Shown here piece by piece: positions 9,013 to 17,218 of a DNA stretch of 42,602 nt. The notes beneath the pieces were generated by a model. It did not search any database, was not told where the DNA came from, and saw only the letters and a program-made list of their open reading frames with translations. Within the stretch, counting starts at the first letter, position 1; every line of letters starts with the position of its first letter. This DNA is from a virus, in IMG/VR virus record IMGVR_UViG_3300045988_153375, positions 1 to 42,602 of that record. One strand, given 5' to 3'. The translations under genes were made by a program, and so were the position numbers.

Positions 9013-10056
9013 ATGAACACGCAAATGACGCAACCATCATACAAACAGTACAGGATAGTCGCCAATAGACTCACCCAGCTCGCCTATCGGACCAGTAGCG
9101 AGAACTTTCTTTTCCCCTCGATTGACGCTGCTATCGAATGGTGTTTCAAGTATCTTGATATCCCGGGGGACAATAGGTGGCGTTTCACGCGCCCCGACAT
9201 TACTAAACCAATCGCCCCCTGCAATCTCGACATAGTACTAAACCGCCCGCCAAACGCACCGTACTCACATCAGTACTGCAAGACAAATGACACGCTCATG
9301 TCGTATCGCTCCTACAACGACATTCGTCTTAAGATTTGGAAATGGCGGGAGCAAAACGGTATAGATAATTTCGAGTTCGACGGCATGATGTCGGCTATCG
9401 AATGGTGCCACAACGAATTCAACCCATCGGTTGTGTTCGATTGGGAATTCGCCACCGAGAACGGAGTGTTTCGCCCCGGCGAGATTTCAATAGTGCGCGC
9501 CGAGAACAGGAAAGAAGCTCACGATCGTCTTATTCTTCACCCCGCCAAAACCTATAAGACGACGACTGGCGTGCAGCCTGAAATGGCGGGGCGGCGCTTC
9601 CAGCAATGGGAAGTAGTATCCCCCGAATGGAAGATTATGAGAGACGGTCATAAGCATTTCCGCATGCGTTGCGTGAATTGCGGGGAAGACAAGTGGCTTC
9701 GCGTTTCGCATTTCAGTGGCGGTAGGACCGTGGTCTGCCCGTGCACTAGCCCGTCAATCCGCATGTACAGAGAAGTGCCAGAGTGGCTTATCCCGAAACT
9801 TATGCGACGCATTTACGACATGAAACGATACGTGTCGAAAGAGGACTTTCGTTTTGATTCTACGCAGGATTGCGCAATATGGTGTTACAAGCACCTGCCG
9901 TTCCCGAGCGACCCGGGCACGCCGTGGGCTTTGAAGAAAGGCCGCGGGAAGCCTGTGATGCCGGGCACGTTGTGGCTTGAAGTGGACGGTGTGCGCACAG
10001 ACACTACGAAAAGTATCGCTAACGTGAACAAGTCGCGGCGGAACTTGCGGAAATAG
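9013..10056 (+). CDS. hypothetical protein with three internal repeats and a Cys-rich zinc-ribbon-like segment
   Basis: ATG 9013 follows AGAAGAGAG. Three repeats fit F.F.s...AIeWC.k.l....W.F. A CVNCGEDKW...VVCPC segment is also present. Confidence 0.6.
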   Translation: MNTQMTQPSYKQYRIVANRLTQLAYRTSSENFLFPSIDAAIEWCFKYLDIPGDNRWRFTRPDITKPIAPCNLDIVLNRPPNAPYSHQYCKTNDTLMSYRSYNDIRLKIWKWREQNGIDNFEFDGMMSAIEWCHNEFNPSVVFDWEFATENGVFRPGEISIVRAENRKEAHDRLILHPAKTYKTTTGVQPEMAGRRFQQWEVVSPEWKIMRDGHKHFRMRCVNCGEDKWLRVSHFSGGRTVVCPCTSPSIRMYREVPEWLIPKLMRRIYDMKRYVSKEDFRFDSTQDCAIWCYKHLPFPSDPGTPWALKKGRGKPVMPGTLWLEVDGVRTDTTKSIANVNKSRRNLRK

Positions 10057-10072
10057 AAGAGAGGAGAATAGA

Positions 10073-10558
10073 ATGATGGAACGCGTGATGGCCGTTGATC
10101 CCGGTAAATCAACAGGAATCGTCATCGGAGAATTCTACGACGACCACGAATTCTCAATCATTCATGTTCAACAATTTAAGTATGAACATTGGACGGCCAA
10201 CGTCTACGACATTCTGGCCACACGAAACGAATTCGCCCCCGACATTGTCGTGTGCGAACAATTCGATCTTCGACCGGGAAACAATTTTCTCGCAGACCTC
10301 ACCCCAGTAAAAATCAACTCCGTACTGGAATGGGAGATCGGGGACATTGTATGGCAGACTCCCGCAATGGCAAAAACTACCATGCCCGATAACGTTCTGA
10401 AGCTACTTGGTTTTTGGCCTACCGGAGCCAGCGTAGGTCAGCCCGATGCGGACGACGCGCGCGATGCGGGGCGTCATCTTTTCCTGTGGACAGTCACTAA
10501 ACGCCACGACGAGGCCGTGATCGCCCGCATCGTCGGAGACGACGTGGAACGACGGTGA
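10073..10558 (+). CDS. RuvC-like Holliday junction resolvase
   Basis: MAVDPGKSTGIVIG (catalytic D), CEQF (E) and DDARDAGRH (D..D..H). Confidence 0.8.
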   Translation: MMERVMAVDPGKSTGIVIGEFYDDHEFSIIHVQQFKYEHWTANVYDILATRNEFAPDIVVCEQFDLRPGNNFLADLTPVKINSVLEWEIGDIVWQTPAMAKTTMPDNVLKLLGFWPTGASVGQPDADDARDAGRHLFLWTVTKRHDEAVIARIVGDDVERR

Positions 10559-10598
10559 ATGTTTCACGTGAAACATGCCCCCGCGTTTCACGTGAAAC
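10559..10598. promoter_or_regulatory. two copies of the GTTTCACGTGAAAC palindrome
   Basis: ATGTTTCACGTGAAACAT (10559-10576, an 18-bp perfect palindrome) and GTTTCACGTGAAAC (10585-10598). Confidence 0.5.
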
Positions 10599-10638
10599 AT
10601 TACTGCCCCCTACCGGACAAGCGGTAGGGGGCAGTAAT
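10599..10638. terminator. bidirectional hairpin terminator between convergent genes
   Basis: 17-bp perfect stem ATTACTGCCCCCTACCG / CGGTAGGGGGCAGTAAT with a 6-nt loop. Confidence 0.7.
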
Positions 10639-10657
10639 GTTCTATGAAAGACGGAGG

Positions 10658-10891
10658 TCAGGCGACCTTGTCCTCAGTGGCCTCACCCTCACCGGCAGCG
10701 TGACGGCCAGCCGCCGCGCCGGGGCGAGTGTGATACGTGGCCAGAGCCAGAGTCAGAGCACCAACAATCTGGGTAGCAGCGTCAGCGTACTGGGACGCCT
10801 GATCCGCAGAAATAACATTGAAAGCGGCGAAAACACCGAGAATGGCGGTGAGCAGGGCGTAAAGGGCCTTGCGGACCTCAGGAGTAAACAT
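10658..10891 (-). CDS. holin (phage r1t holin-like)
   Basis: 77 aa. RKALYALLTAILGVFAAFNVISADQASQYADAATQIVGALTLALA gives two TM-like helices, followed by a charged tail. It is the last gene of the lysis cassette. Confidence 0.6.
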   Translation of the reverse strand: MFTPEVRKALYALLTAILGVFAAFNVISADQASQYADAATQIVGALTLALATYHTRPGAAAGRHAAGEGEATEDKVA

Positions 10892-10900
10892 ATTTATGAA

Positions 10901-11269
10901 TCACCTCATGGAATCCGGAATTTGAGGCTCAGTAGGGATTGAGTCCTCTTTATCAGATGGTATCAGAATTTTCAGGGACCTGCCCCAATCGAGAACAGTG
11001 TGCGCGAAAGAGACGGCCTCCCACCACTTCACTTCAGCCCGCCTGCGACCATCTTCCGCCATGTCAGCAGCTCTTTCGGCCGCCGCAAGACTGGCCTCTA
11101 GGGCGGTCACTCTCTCGGAAAGAGATCGGACGGTAATGTCCAGGATTGAGATCTGTTCCTGGTCTCTCGCGTTTTTGCGTTGCGTTACGTTCGAGAATAT
11201 TGTGCCGGTGAGGGCAGCCAAAGCCACTAGGGTGGCGTCGGAGAGGACGTCGTTCAGGAAATTGAGCAT
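10901..11269 (-). CDS. membrane-anchored coiled-coil protein (lysis accessory?)
   Basis: ATG 11269 (MLNFLND...) gives an N-terminal TM helix and then a coiled-coil. The longer 11347 start would overlap the upstream terminator hairpin. Confidence 0.5.
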   Translation of the reverse strand: MLNFLNDVLSDATLVALAALTGTIFSNVTQRKNARDQEQISILDITVRSLSERVTALEASLAAAERAADMAEDGRRRAEVKWWEAVSFAHTVLDWGRSLKILIPSDKEDSIPTEPQIPDSMR

Positions 11270-11321
11270 TATATATTCAACGTCCTCTTTGTTATGATTG
11301 TCTGACGGGACTGCAATAGGT

Positions 11322-11327
11322 ATTATA
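11322..11327 (-). promoter_or_regulatory. candidate -10 hexamer TATAAT
   Basis: Reverse complement of attata at 11322-11327. It lies just downstream of the terminator hairpin and about 50 nt upstream of ATG 11269. Confidence 0.3.
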
Positions 11328-11333
11328 TAACAT

Positions 11334-11366
11334 TCCCCGCCTAACAATGATAATGTCAGGCGGGGA
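11334..11366 (-). terminator. hairpin terminator
   Basis: 9-bp stem TCCCCGCCT / AGGCGGGGA, followed on the minus strand by A/T-rich sequence. It lies 15 nt after the stop of 11381-11611. Confidence 0.5.
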
Positions 11367-11380
11367 GCGTTATGTTTTAG

Positions 11381-11611
11381 TTACTTTCTGTGGAAGCCAG
11401 GATGGTAGCCGACAGTCCGCATAAACCGTACGGTGCGCACACCGGACCAAAGAATGAGCGCGCCAACACACCACAGAGAATCGCGAGTCACATTCATAGT
11501 GCCATTAGTGAAATCTTCATACACCATGAGCACCGTGTTCGCCGTCACCATGACGGCCGCAAAAATAGTAGCAACATAAAGCGACTTAGTCACCTTGATT
11601 TTTACTTTCAT
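11381..11611 (-). CDS. small membrane protein (76 aa, two TM-like segments)
   Basis: Hydrophobic stretches YVATIFAAVMVTANTVLMV and LWCVGALILWSGV. Confidence 0.55.
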   Translation of the reverse strand: MKVKIKVTKSLYVATIFAAVMVTANTVLMVYEDFTNGTMNVTRDSLWCVGALILWSGVRTVRFMRTVGYHPGFHRK

Positions 11612-11618
11612 TGGATGG

Positions 11619-11624
11619 ATTATA
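11619..11624 (-). promoter_or_regulatory. candidate -10 TATAAT placed 7 nt from the ATG (leaderless start)
   Basis: The minus strand reads TATAAT-CCATCCA-ATG(11611), with no SD sequence. Confidence 0.4.
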
Positions 11625-11697
11625 TACTGCAGCCCTCATGCCGATTCCTAGAGCATGTCGGGTTAATGTGTGTAGGAAAACATGAGGGCTGCAGTAT
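11624..11697. repeat. 17-bp perfect inverted repeat with a 40-nt spacer
   Basis: ATACTGCAGCCCTCATG (11624-11640) pairs with CATGAGGGCTGCAGTAT (11681-11697). Confidence 0.8.
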
Positions 11698-11783
11698 TCT
11701 CTTATTGCACCGTCGGAACGCGTAGGAAAATATTTGTGTATTAACCAATAAGCGGTACGAGGAGAGTATAACACGCAACAAAA

Positions 11784-11826
11784 GCAAGTCTCCGGACGAT
11801 CTTTCATTGACCGTCCGGAGACTTGC
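11784..11826 (-). terminator. hairpin terminator downstream of the endolysin
   Basis: 15-bp perfect stem GCAAGTCTCCGGACG / CGTCCGGAGACTTGC. Confidence 0.6.
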
Positions 11827-11954
11827 TCTACCACTGTCACAGGAGATCACGGAGAGGGAAGAGAGTGAAGCTCTCCGCATGTAGTATCCATCATGACACG
11901 ACGCTCACTATAATGCTAAGTGAATATGCCATGATAGAACACCAACATGTCGCG

Positions 11955-13463
11955 TCAGGAATTCGCCTCCGGGGCGGGAGACTCCGTGGCCGGAGTGGGA
12001 GACTCCGCGACACCATCATGCGCCTGCAAAGACGACGGCGTCGACACCGCCTTACGAATTTCGTTCACAGCACCATAAATCGCGCCCGCCTCACGAACAT
12101 TTTCCTGCCCCGGAGTCACAGAATGCAGAATCTGATCCACAGACGCATGAATAGACTTAACCTCCTCATAAGTTGCCTTAGCATACCAATTCATGTCGCC
12201 CGCAAAGTGATCCCCCGCCTTTCCACTACGGAAAAGATCACGAATCTCCCTGAGCAGATCAACACCCTCGCTCATATCCCAAAATTCCTCTCCGGCGCCC
12301 CCAGAAGGGCGACCATAATCATACCAAGACTTGCAACGATTACTGAAAAGAATCCCATAAGACTCATACGCGTCATACGGATTCCCTGAATTATACCGCG
12401 ACCCGACACGCTTCAAGGCCTCATAAGAATCGCCTTCCGCGTTAATGAGATCACGAAGAATACGGCAGCCGACCTCAGCCGACTTCTCAGGCATCCACCA
12501 TTCACGATCCGGATCATCAAAGAAATAACCCGGATACGTAATCTGCAACGGACCAACACCGTTCGAGTTTTCGCCGTCTCGAATTGCCGCAAAGAACTCA
12601 CGGAAATTCTCCTCGGTTACTTCCTCGCCGTGCGGGCCGGCACCACCGGCGTCGTGCCCGTAAATGTTCGCGCCGCGCTCGCCGGTCTCCATCCACAGGC
12701 ACGCCAGGGCGGCCCACCATGGGCAATTCTCCGCATCGGCGGCCCTGAGAACGGCCTCCTGAATTGAAGAAAGGCGGTATGAGCCGGCAGACTCATGCCC
12801 GTTATCGGAATCGGTCCGCTTCCCGAAACGGATGCATGTGGACCATGAGGCCGCAACGGTCATCGGGTGACTACTGTACCGGACTACGTGAGTCTCGTAG
12901 CCGGTCTGGTCACCCATCTGCCCTTCCGAGATTTCACCATTTTCATTAATCCACGCCTCAGCGAGGAGCGGGTCACCCGCGTTAAACGAACCATCATCTT
13001 CGCGCACGCACATTGCGACATGTCCACCGTCTCCGGTAGTTTTCAGGACCATGTCGCCGACATGGAATCCTCCCGACGGCGTGGACCCGTACCATGTGTC
13101 CCCAATATCCATGAAACCGCGGTTCGCGGCCAGGGTATTCAAGGTTTCGGTCCATGTTTCGCCGGTCCGCGGGAACATGATCGGATCGTCCCAGCCAGTT
13201 CCCCACACATTGTGGAATGCAATATTGTAGGCGCCCGCTACACCACTACTGCAATCCATGTCACCTGGGCCCGTTTTCCAGCCGGCATCATTGGAATTCC
13301 AGTAACAGGTCCACCGGTTGTCCTGGGCATATCCGGTGCCCCCGTAGTCGCCCGTGGTGCACCAATATTTCATTTCCGACGCAGCATATTCTGTGACGGA
13401 ATCTGCCAATTTTGCACCGCCTTTCGTAAAGGTTTTCGGTGGCTTTAATTTTATCATGAGCAC
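11955..13463 (-). CDS. multidomain endolysin (N-terminal Cys/His peptidase plus transglycosylase-like domain)
   Basis: The DCSSGV...GDGGHVAMCV pattern fits a CHAP or NlpC/P60-type Cys-His pair. The central WMETGERG...NGVGPLQITY resembles an SLT/lysozyme-like fold. An alternative ATG lies at 13457. Confidence 0.85.
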   Translation of the reverse strand: MLMIKLKPPKTFTKGGAKLADSVTEYAASEMKYWCTTGDYGGTGYAQDNRWTCYWNSNDAGWKTGPGDMDCSSGVAGAYNIAFHNVWGTGWDDPIMFPRTGETWTETLNTLAANRGFMDIGDTWYGSTPSGGFHVGDMVLKTTGDGGHVAMCVREDDGSFNAGDPLLAEAWINENGEISEGQMGDQTGYETHVVRYSSHPMTVAASWSTCIRFGKRTDSDNGHESAGSYRLSSIQEAVLRAADAENCPWWAALACLWMETGERGANIYGHDAGGAGPHGEEVTEENFREFFAAIRDGENSNGVGPLQITYPGYFFDDPDREWWMPEKSAEVGCRILRDLINAEGDSYEALKRVGSRYNSGNPYDAYESYGILFSNRCKSWYDYGRPSGGAGEEFWDMSEGVDLLREIRDLFRSGKAGDHFAGDMNWYAKATYEEVKSIHASVDQILHSVTPGQENVREAGAIYGAVNEIRKAVSTPSSLQAHDGVAESPTPATESPAPEANS

Positions 13464-13663
13464 CTAGGTGCGTCGGTAGCATATATAGGTACGTGCGCGC
13501 GCGTATACCACACGAGCCCTACGTCTGTCAATACTCTACGCAGCACTGGTTTTGTGGGATGGGTCACCACCATGTAGGGTTGACCCACGATACACGGGAG
13601 GGCATGATTGAGTCATCGGCAGGGAGGACAAGCCGCCCAGCCAGTGATAGAGAGGACAAGACA

Positions 13664-13960
13664 ATGACCGCCACCACCAAGAACATCACCACCGACACCG
13701 ACATCGCCTATGCCGTCGGCACTGCCGCCAACGCTTGGGGTGACACGGACTACTGGGTGGACGAGACCGGCAACGTCATCGGCCTCAAGCGGAGCACCAC
13801 CGATGGTGGGCAGACGCTCGGACTTCACGTGTGCGATGACGTCGTCTCCTGGGGACTCTGGGAGTACGATGTCGACGGATTCACTGTCGTCCACGAGGGA
13901 CTCTCTGCTCTGACTGACGAGACCATCGCCTATCTGGCCGATTGGTGGCTGACGCACTGA
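13664..13960 (+). CDS. hypothetical protein (98 aa)
   Basis: ATG 13664 follows GAGAGGACAAG. The longer 13493 start is unsupported. Confidence 0.5.
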   Translation: MTATTKNITTDTDIAYAVGTAANAWGDTDYWVDETGNVIGLKRSTTDGGQTLGLHVCDDVVSWGLWEYDVDGFTVVHEGLSALTDETIAYLADWWLTH

Positions 13961-14051
13961 CATACACATAATGGTGGTGGCCCGTCACCTACGACGAGCC
14001 ACCACCACCCACCACCACCATTACATACACATATTTGAGAAGAGGATCATC

Positions 14052-14447
14052 ATGGCACGCCGTCGCACCGGATACGGATCATGCAAAACTACAGGAGGTG
14101 CCGTATTCACCAACCTGAAAGGCACCAAAATCCACTTCCCCGCAAAGGGGTACGAGAAAGGTGAGAACGAATTCCGGGGCATCCCCATCGAGCGGGTGAC
14201 TGCCGTCGCAATTCTCACCGGCGCCGACCTCGTACAGGCCATCCCCGTTCAGAAGCCCGCTCTCATCGGAAACGTCCGCAACGTGTTCATCCCCGAACAC
14301 GCCCACAATTTCTTCCTCGTGGTCTGCACCGAAAGAAACGTCTACAGAATTTTCGATATCAGCGAGGAGGAGCTCGGGAACGCGCACAATCTGATCAATG
14401 ATCTGCGTGGGCTTCTCGGCGATCAGATCGAGTGGATCAAATCATGA
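14052..14447 (+). CDS. hypothetical protein (131 aa)
   Basis: ATG 14052 follows GAGAAGAGGA. Confidence 0.5.
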   Translation: MARRRTGYGSCKTTGGAVFTNLKGTKIHFPAKGYEKGENEFRGIPIERVTAVAILTGADLVQAIPVQKPALIGNVRNVFIPEHAHNFFLVVCTERNVYRIFDISEEELGNAHNLINDLRGLLGDQIEWIKS

Positions 14448-14632
14448 AATACCCGGCAATCCGCCGCATGGACGGACGTGAGGATGAGGTTCGTCGCAAG
14501 ACGATTGAGTTTCAGGAGCACAAGAGGAATCGGGCGAAGAGAATCAAGAGCACACGTCACACTAAGCGCACGAATTTCAACTACAGCGATGGCTGGACTA
14601 ACCGTCTCATGGCAGAACTGAACGGAAAGTGA
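14444..14632 (+). CDS. small basic hypothetical protein (62 aa)
   Basis: ATGA overlap with the upstream stop. The sequence is K/R-rich. Confidence 0.45.
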   Translation: MKYPAIRRMDGREDEVRRKTIEFQEHKRNRAKRIKSTRHTKRTNFNYSDGWTNRLMAELNGK

Positions 14633-14642
14633 GGAAACTATT

Positions 14643-14981
14643 ATGTCTACTTTTTCGAGTGCCCCGTCGGCTCCTACTCCTGCGCCACCTCCGCCCGCGA
14701 CTAGCGCACCCACTGCGCCACCCCCTCCATCGCCGCTCCCGCCTCGGCCTGCCCCGGCGCCGCCCGCATTGTCTGTGCCGCTCAGTGTGATGGCGCCCCC
14801 ACGCCTCACGAATCGTTTCGTAGCGTGGCTTCGTAGGCCGCGGTCCACGGGCGAAGGTATGGCAATGGGTGCAGTCGCCCTCATTGTCGGTGTTATCGGA
14901 CTGTCTCTGGCGTGGCGTGCTTTTTGGTGGCTCCAGGTATTTTTCGCCTATTTCGCCACGGTCGGTACTCTCGGCAACTGA
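14643..14981 (+). CDS. proline-rich membrane protein (112 aa)
   Basis: About 50 aa of P/A/S-rich N-terminus is followed by two TM-like segments (AVALIVGVIGLSLAW and WWLQVFFAYFATVG). GAGGAAA RBS. Confidence 0.55.
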   Translation: MSTFSSAPSAPTPAPPPPATSAPTAPPPPSPLPPRPAPAPPALSVPLSVMAPPRLTNRFVAWLRRPRSTGEGMAMGAVALIVGVIGLSLAWRAFWWLQVFFAYFATVGTLGN

Positions 14982-14998
14982 GAGTAGTGTGAACGACC

Positions 14999-15994
14999 AT
15001 GGACGTGGTGTTTTTGAAAACGGTATGGCTGTATTTGCCGGACGGTAGTAAGGAGAGAATCATAGCGCAAACCGGCGGCGACAAGGGGATTGGTTTCGAT
15101 TCTATTCATGGTGGCGTAGAGCGGAAACACTATTTCAAATATGACGAGTATTCGATTACCCAGACGGAGAGAGGAGATTATGTAGTGTCACCTGTAGACG
15201 ATGAGTGCGAGAAGATTTTCTACCCGAGCGGCGAGTACGAGTATGTTTTGAAGGTAGTGCAGCATAATGGGTTCTGGGAGGCGCATATCCGCAATCTTGC
15301 TAATAAACGACGAGTAGCATGCTGGAGTCGTCATCGCGTCTCTTTGGAGCATAAGCGCGATGGCTGGTATTGGCAGCAAACCGGCCCTTATTGGGCCTAC
15401 GCCGACTATGAGGTGAAATTCGCGGGTAGGCCAATTCGTCTTCATGTCTCCGACGATTATGAAGCGCCCGTCAAGAGGGCGCATAGGTATTTTACTGGCG
15501 AATGGTGCGTATGGTACGAGACTGAAGAGGGCGAAGAAGGATTCCTGTCTTTCGATGAGCAGTTCTATGAGTTGACCTTCAGAGATAATGTTATCTACAT
15601 CGCGATGAAGGATGATGACTGTATCGAGGATGATGTACACGAGAATGTCGTGTCTCGCCCGTCACACTATGCGACCCTCGATCCCGAACCTATCACTTTC
15701 ATTCGCGACAAAGACTATCTGACCGGCAGTGCTCTGAAATACATTTTCAGGGCCGGCCACAAGAATGGCGTCGACGAGAATGTTGACATGGGGAAAGCGG
15801 CATGGTATCTTCGTGAACTCGTCAACGAGCAAGGAGGTCAGACGGTGATCGCGATTCTGCGAAACATCTACTGGGACACCATTGACGGGCAGCTCACACC
15901 AAAGGATCGCGCTAGAGAGGTTCGAGACCGGCTCACAGAGTTCGTGTCCGCCATTTCACACGACCACCTCAGCAACTACATTCCGGAAGCGTGA
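14999..15994 (+). CDS. protein with a C-terminal DUF3310 domain
   Basis: PSHYATLDPEPITFI...GSALKYIFRAGHKNG...MGKAAWYLRELV matches the DUF3310 signature (HY..ep.d.i...KY..R...K...KA..YL). Confidence 0.65.
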   Translation: MDVVFLKTVWLYLPDGSKERIIAQTGGDKGIGFDSIHGGVERKHYFKYDEYSITQTERGDYVVSPVDDECEKIFYPSGEYEYVLKVVQHNGFWEAHIRNLANKRRVACWSRHRVSLEHKRDGWYWQQTGPYWAYADYEVKFAGRPIRLHVSDDYEAPVKRAHRYFTGEWCVWYETEEGEEGFLSFDEQFYELTFRDNVIYIAMKDDDCIEDDVHENVVSRPSHYATLDPEPITFIRDKDYLTGSALKYIFRAGHKNGVDENVDMGKAAWYLRELVNEQGGQTVIAILRNIYWDTIDGQLTPKDRAREVRDRLTEFVSAISHDHLSNYIPEA

Positions 15995-16458
15995 GTACTG
16001 TGGAGAATATTGTTAATATTGCTTTCGTTGATTTGCTGGAATTCAGAGGGCGGTGGGTGGCGACTGCGTTCATGCATGCCACTGACTGTGAATTCACTAT
16101 CAAAAGCAATTCTACCGATCCGTCCACCACGATTCGCGAGCTTATGCGTACCGTGCAATATGTTCAGGGAGTAACACTTGCTTTGCGTTCGTGGCAGGAA
16201 GAAAGGATCACTTTTACTAGGTGCACATATTGGCAAGAGAAAGGTAGATATGTGCTCACTTATGACGACTCATCGGATGATAATGCGTACGTCTGTGCAA
16301 TCGTGGTGTCGGAGCGCAGTGAAGACACAGTAGAAATCTTCCCGGGCGAGAGGCCTGCCCTTGCCCTTGAAGCCGAAACAATTCTACGCGATAAAGGCTA
16401 CACGGTCCACATGATCAAGGAAAACGAAGGTGGAGGACTACCGCGATGGCTACACTGA
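15991..16458 (+). CDS. hypothetical protein (155 aa)
   Basis: GTGA overlap start. Confidence 0.5.
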   Translation: MSTVENIVNIAFVDLLEFRGRWVATAFMHATDCEFTIKSNSTDPSTTIRELMRTVQYVQGVTLALRSWQEERITFTRCTYWQEKGRYVLTYDDSSDDNAYVCAIVVSERSEDTVEIFPGERPALALEAETILRDKGYTVHMIKENEGGGLPRWLH

Positions 16459-16964
16459 GTGATTTCACTCTCCGGCGCAGAATCGATTGGGGAGAACTCA
16501 TCTCCGACTGGCGCAAACCATTGTCTATTCAACCAGCGTCAGTGGAAGTGCGGCTAGACGAGAACATTATCGTCTACCGTCACGGTGACGAGAATGTCAC
16601 TATCGGTGAGAATGGTTACGAATTGTTGCCGGGTGAGTTTATTCTCGCGTCCACCCAGGAGAAAGTCAGCGTGCCTGCCGACCTAGTGGCCAGGGTGGAA
16701 GGCAAGTCGTCATGGGCGCGACGCGGAATCCTTGTTCACGTGTCCGCGGGATACATTGACCCAGGATTCCAGGGAAACGTGACCCTGGAAATCGCCAATC
16801 TGCACTCCAGTAAGCCCGCCCGTCTTTTCCCTGGGGACAGGATTGCACAGATTGCTTTCGAGGACTTGGACAGGCCAGCCAGCATGCCGTACGGCACCAA
16901 TGGCCTGGGCTCGCATTATCAGGGACAGACCGGTGTTACGCCGTCTGCTCGGGAGGTAGAATAA
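16446..16964 (+). CDS. dcd: dCTP deaminase family protein
   Basis: GKSSWARRGILVHVSAGYIDPGFQGNVTLEIANL is the hallmark Dcd/dUTPase-fold motif. Confidence 0.85.
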   Translation: MATLSDFTLRRRIDWGELISDWRKPLSIQPASVEVRLDENIIVYRHGDENVTIGENGYELLPGEFILASTQEKVSVPADLVARVEGKSSWARRGILVHVSAGYIDPGFQGNVTLEIANLHSSKPARLFPGDRIAQIAFEDLDRPASMPYGTNGLGSHYQGQTGVTPSAREVE

Positions 16965-17218
16965 TGAGCAGGATTAACCGCCAGGAAATCGCGCTGGCTA
17001 TTGCTGAGGAATTGCGTGATATCACCCCGACTCCTCGCATTTCCGACCACAGAAAAGTCACCACCGTTGAGTGCTTGCCGGGAAAGATCGAGATCACCGA
17101 TAATGGCGTTTTCGTGAAGACGAAGCGCGGCGTCTCGACAGGATGGACTCACAGAGACTCCGATGGCCCCAAGCATTCTGCAGTGCGCTGTAGCATACTT
17201 TTGCGGAGCGTCTCATGA
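16964..17218 (+). CDS. hypothetical protein (84 aa)
   Basis: TAATG overlap with the dcd stop. Confidence 0.5.
   Translation: MSRINRQEIALAIAEELRDITPTPRISDHRKVTTVECLPGKIEITDNGVFVKTKRGVSTGWTHRDSDGPKHSAVRCSILLRSVS

Noticed and set aside
10403-10600. 'MFHVKH...' ORFs (10403-10600 minus; 17741-17938 plus)
   Set aside because: The start codons and first six residues are created by the ATGTTTCACGTGAAACA palindrome itself. The bodies are antisense to RuvC and to the tail glycosidase gene.
11823-12389. 188-aa plus-strand ORF, and a plus-strand TATAAT at 11909-11914
   Set aside because: The ORF is antisense to the endolysin and Arg-rich. The hexamer has no -35 element and no downstream gene. An antisense RNA cannot be excluded but is unsupported.
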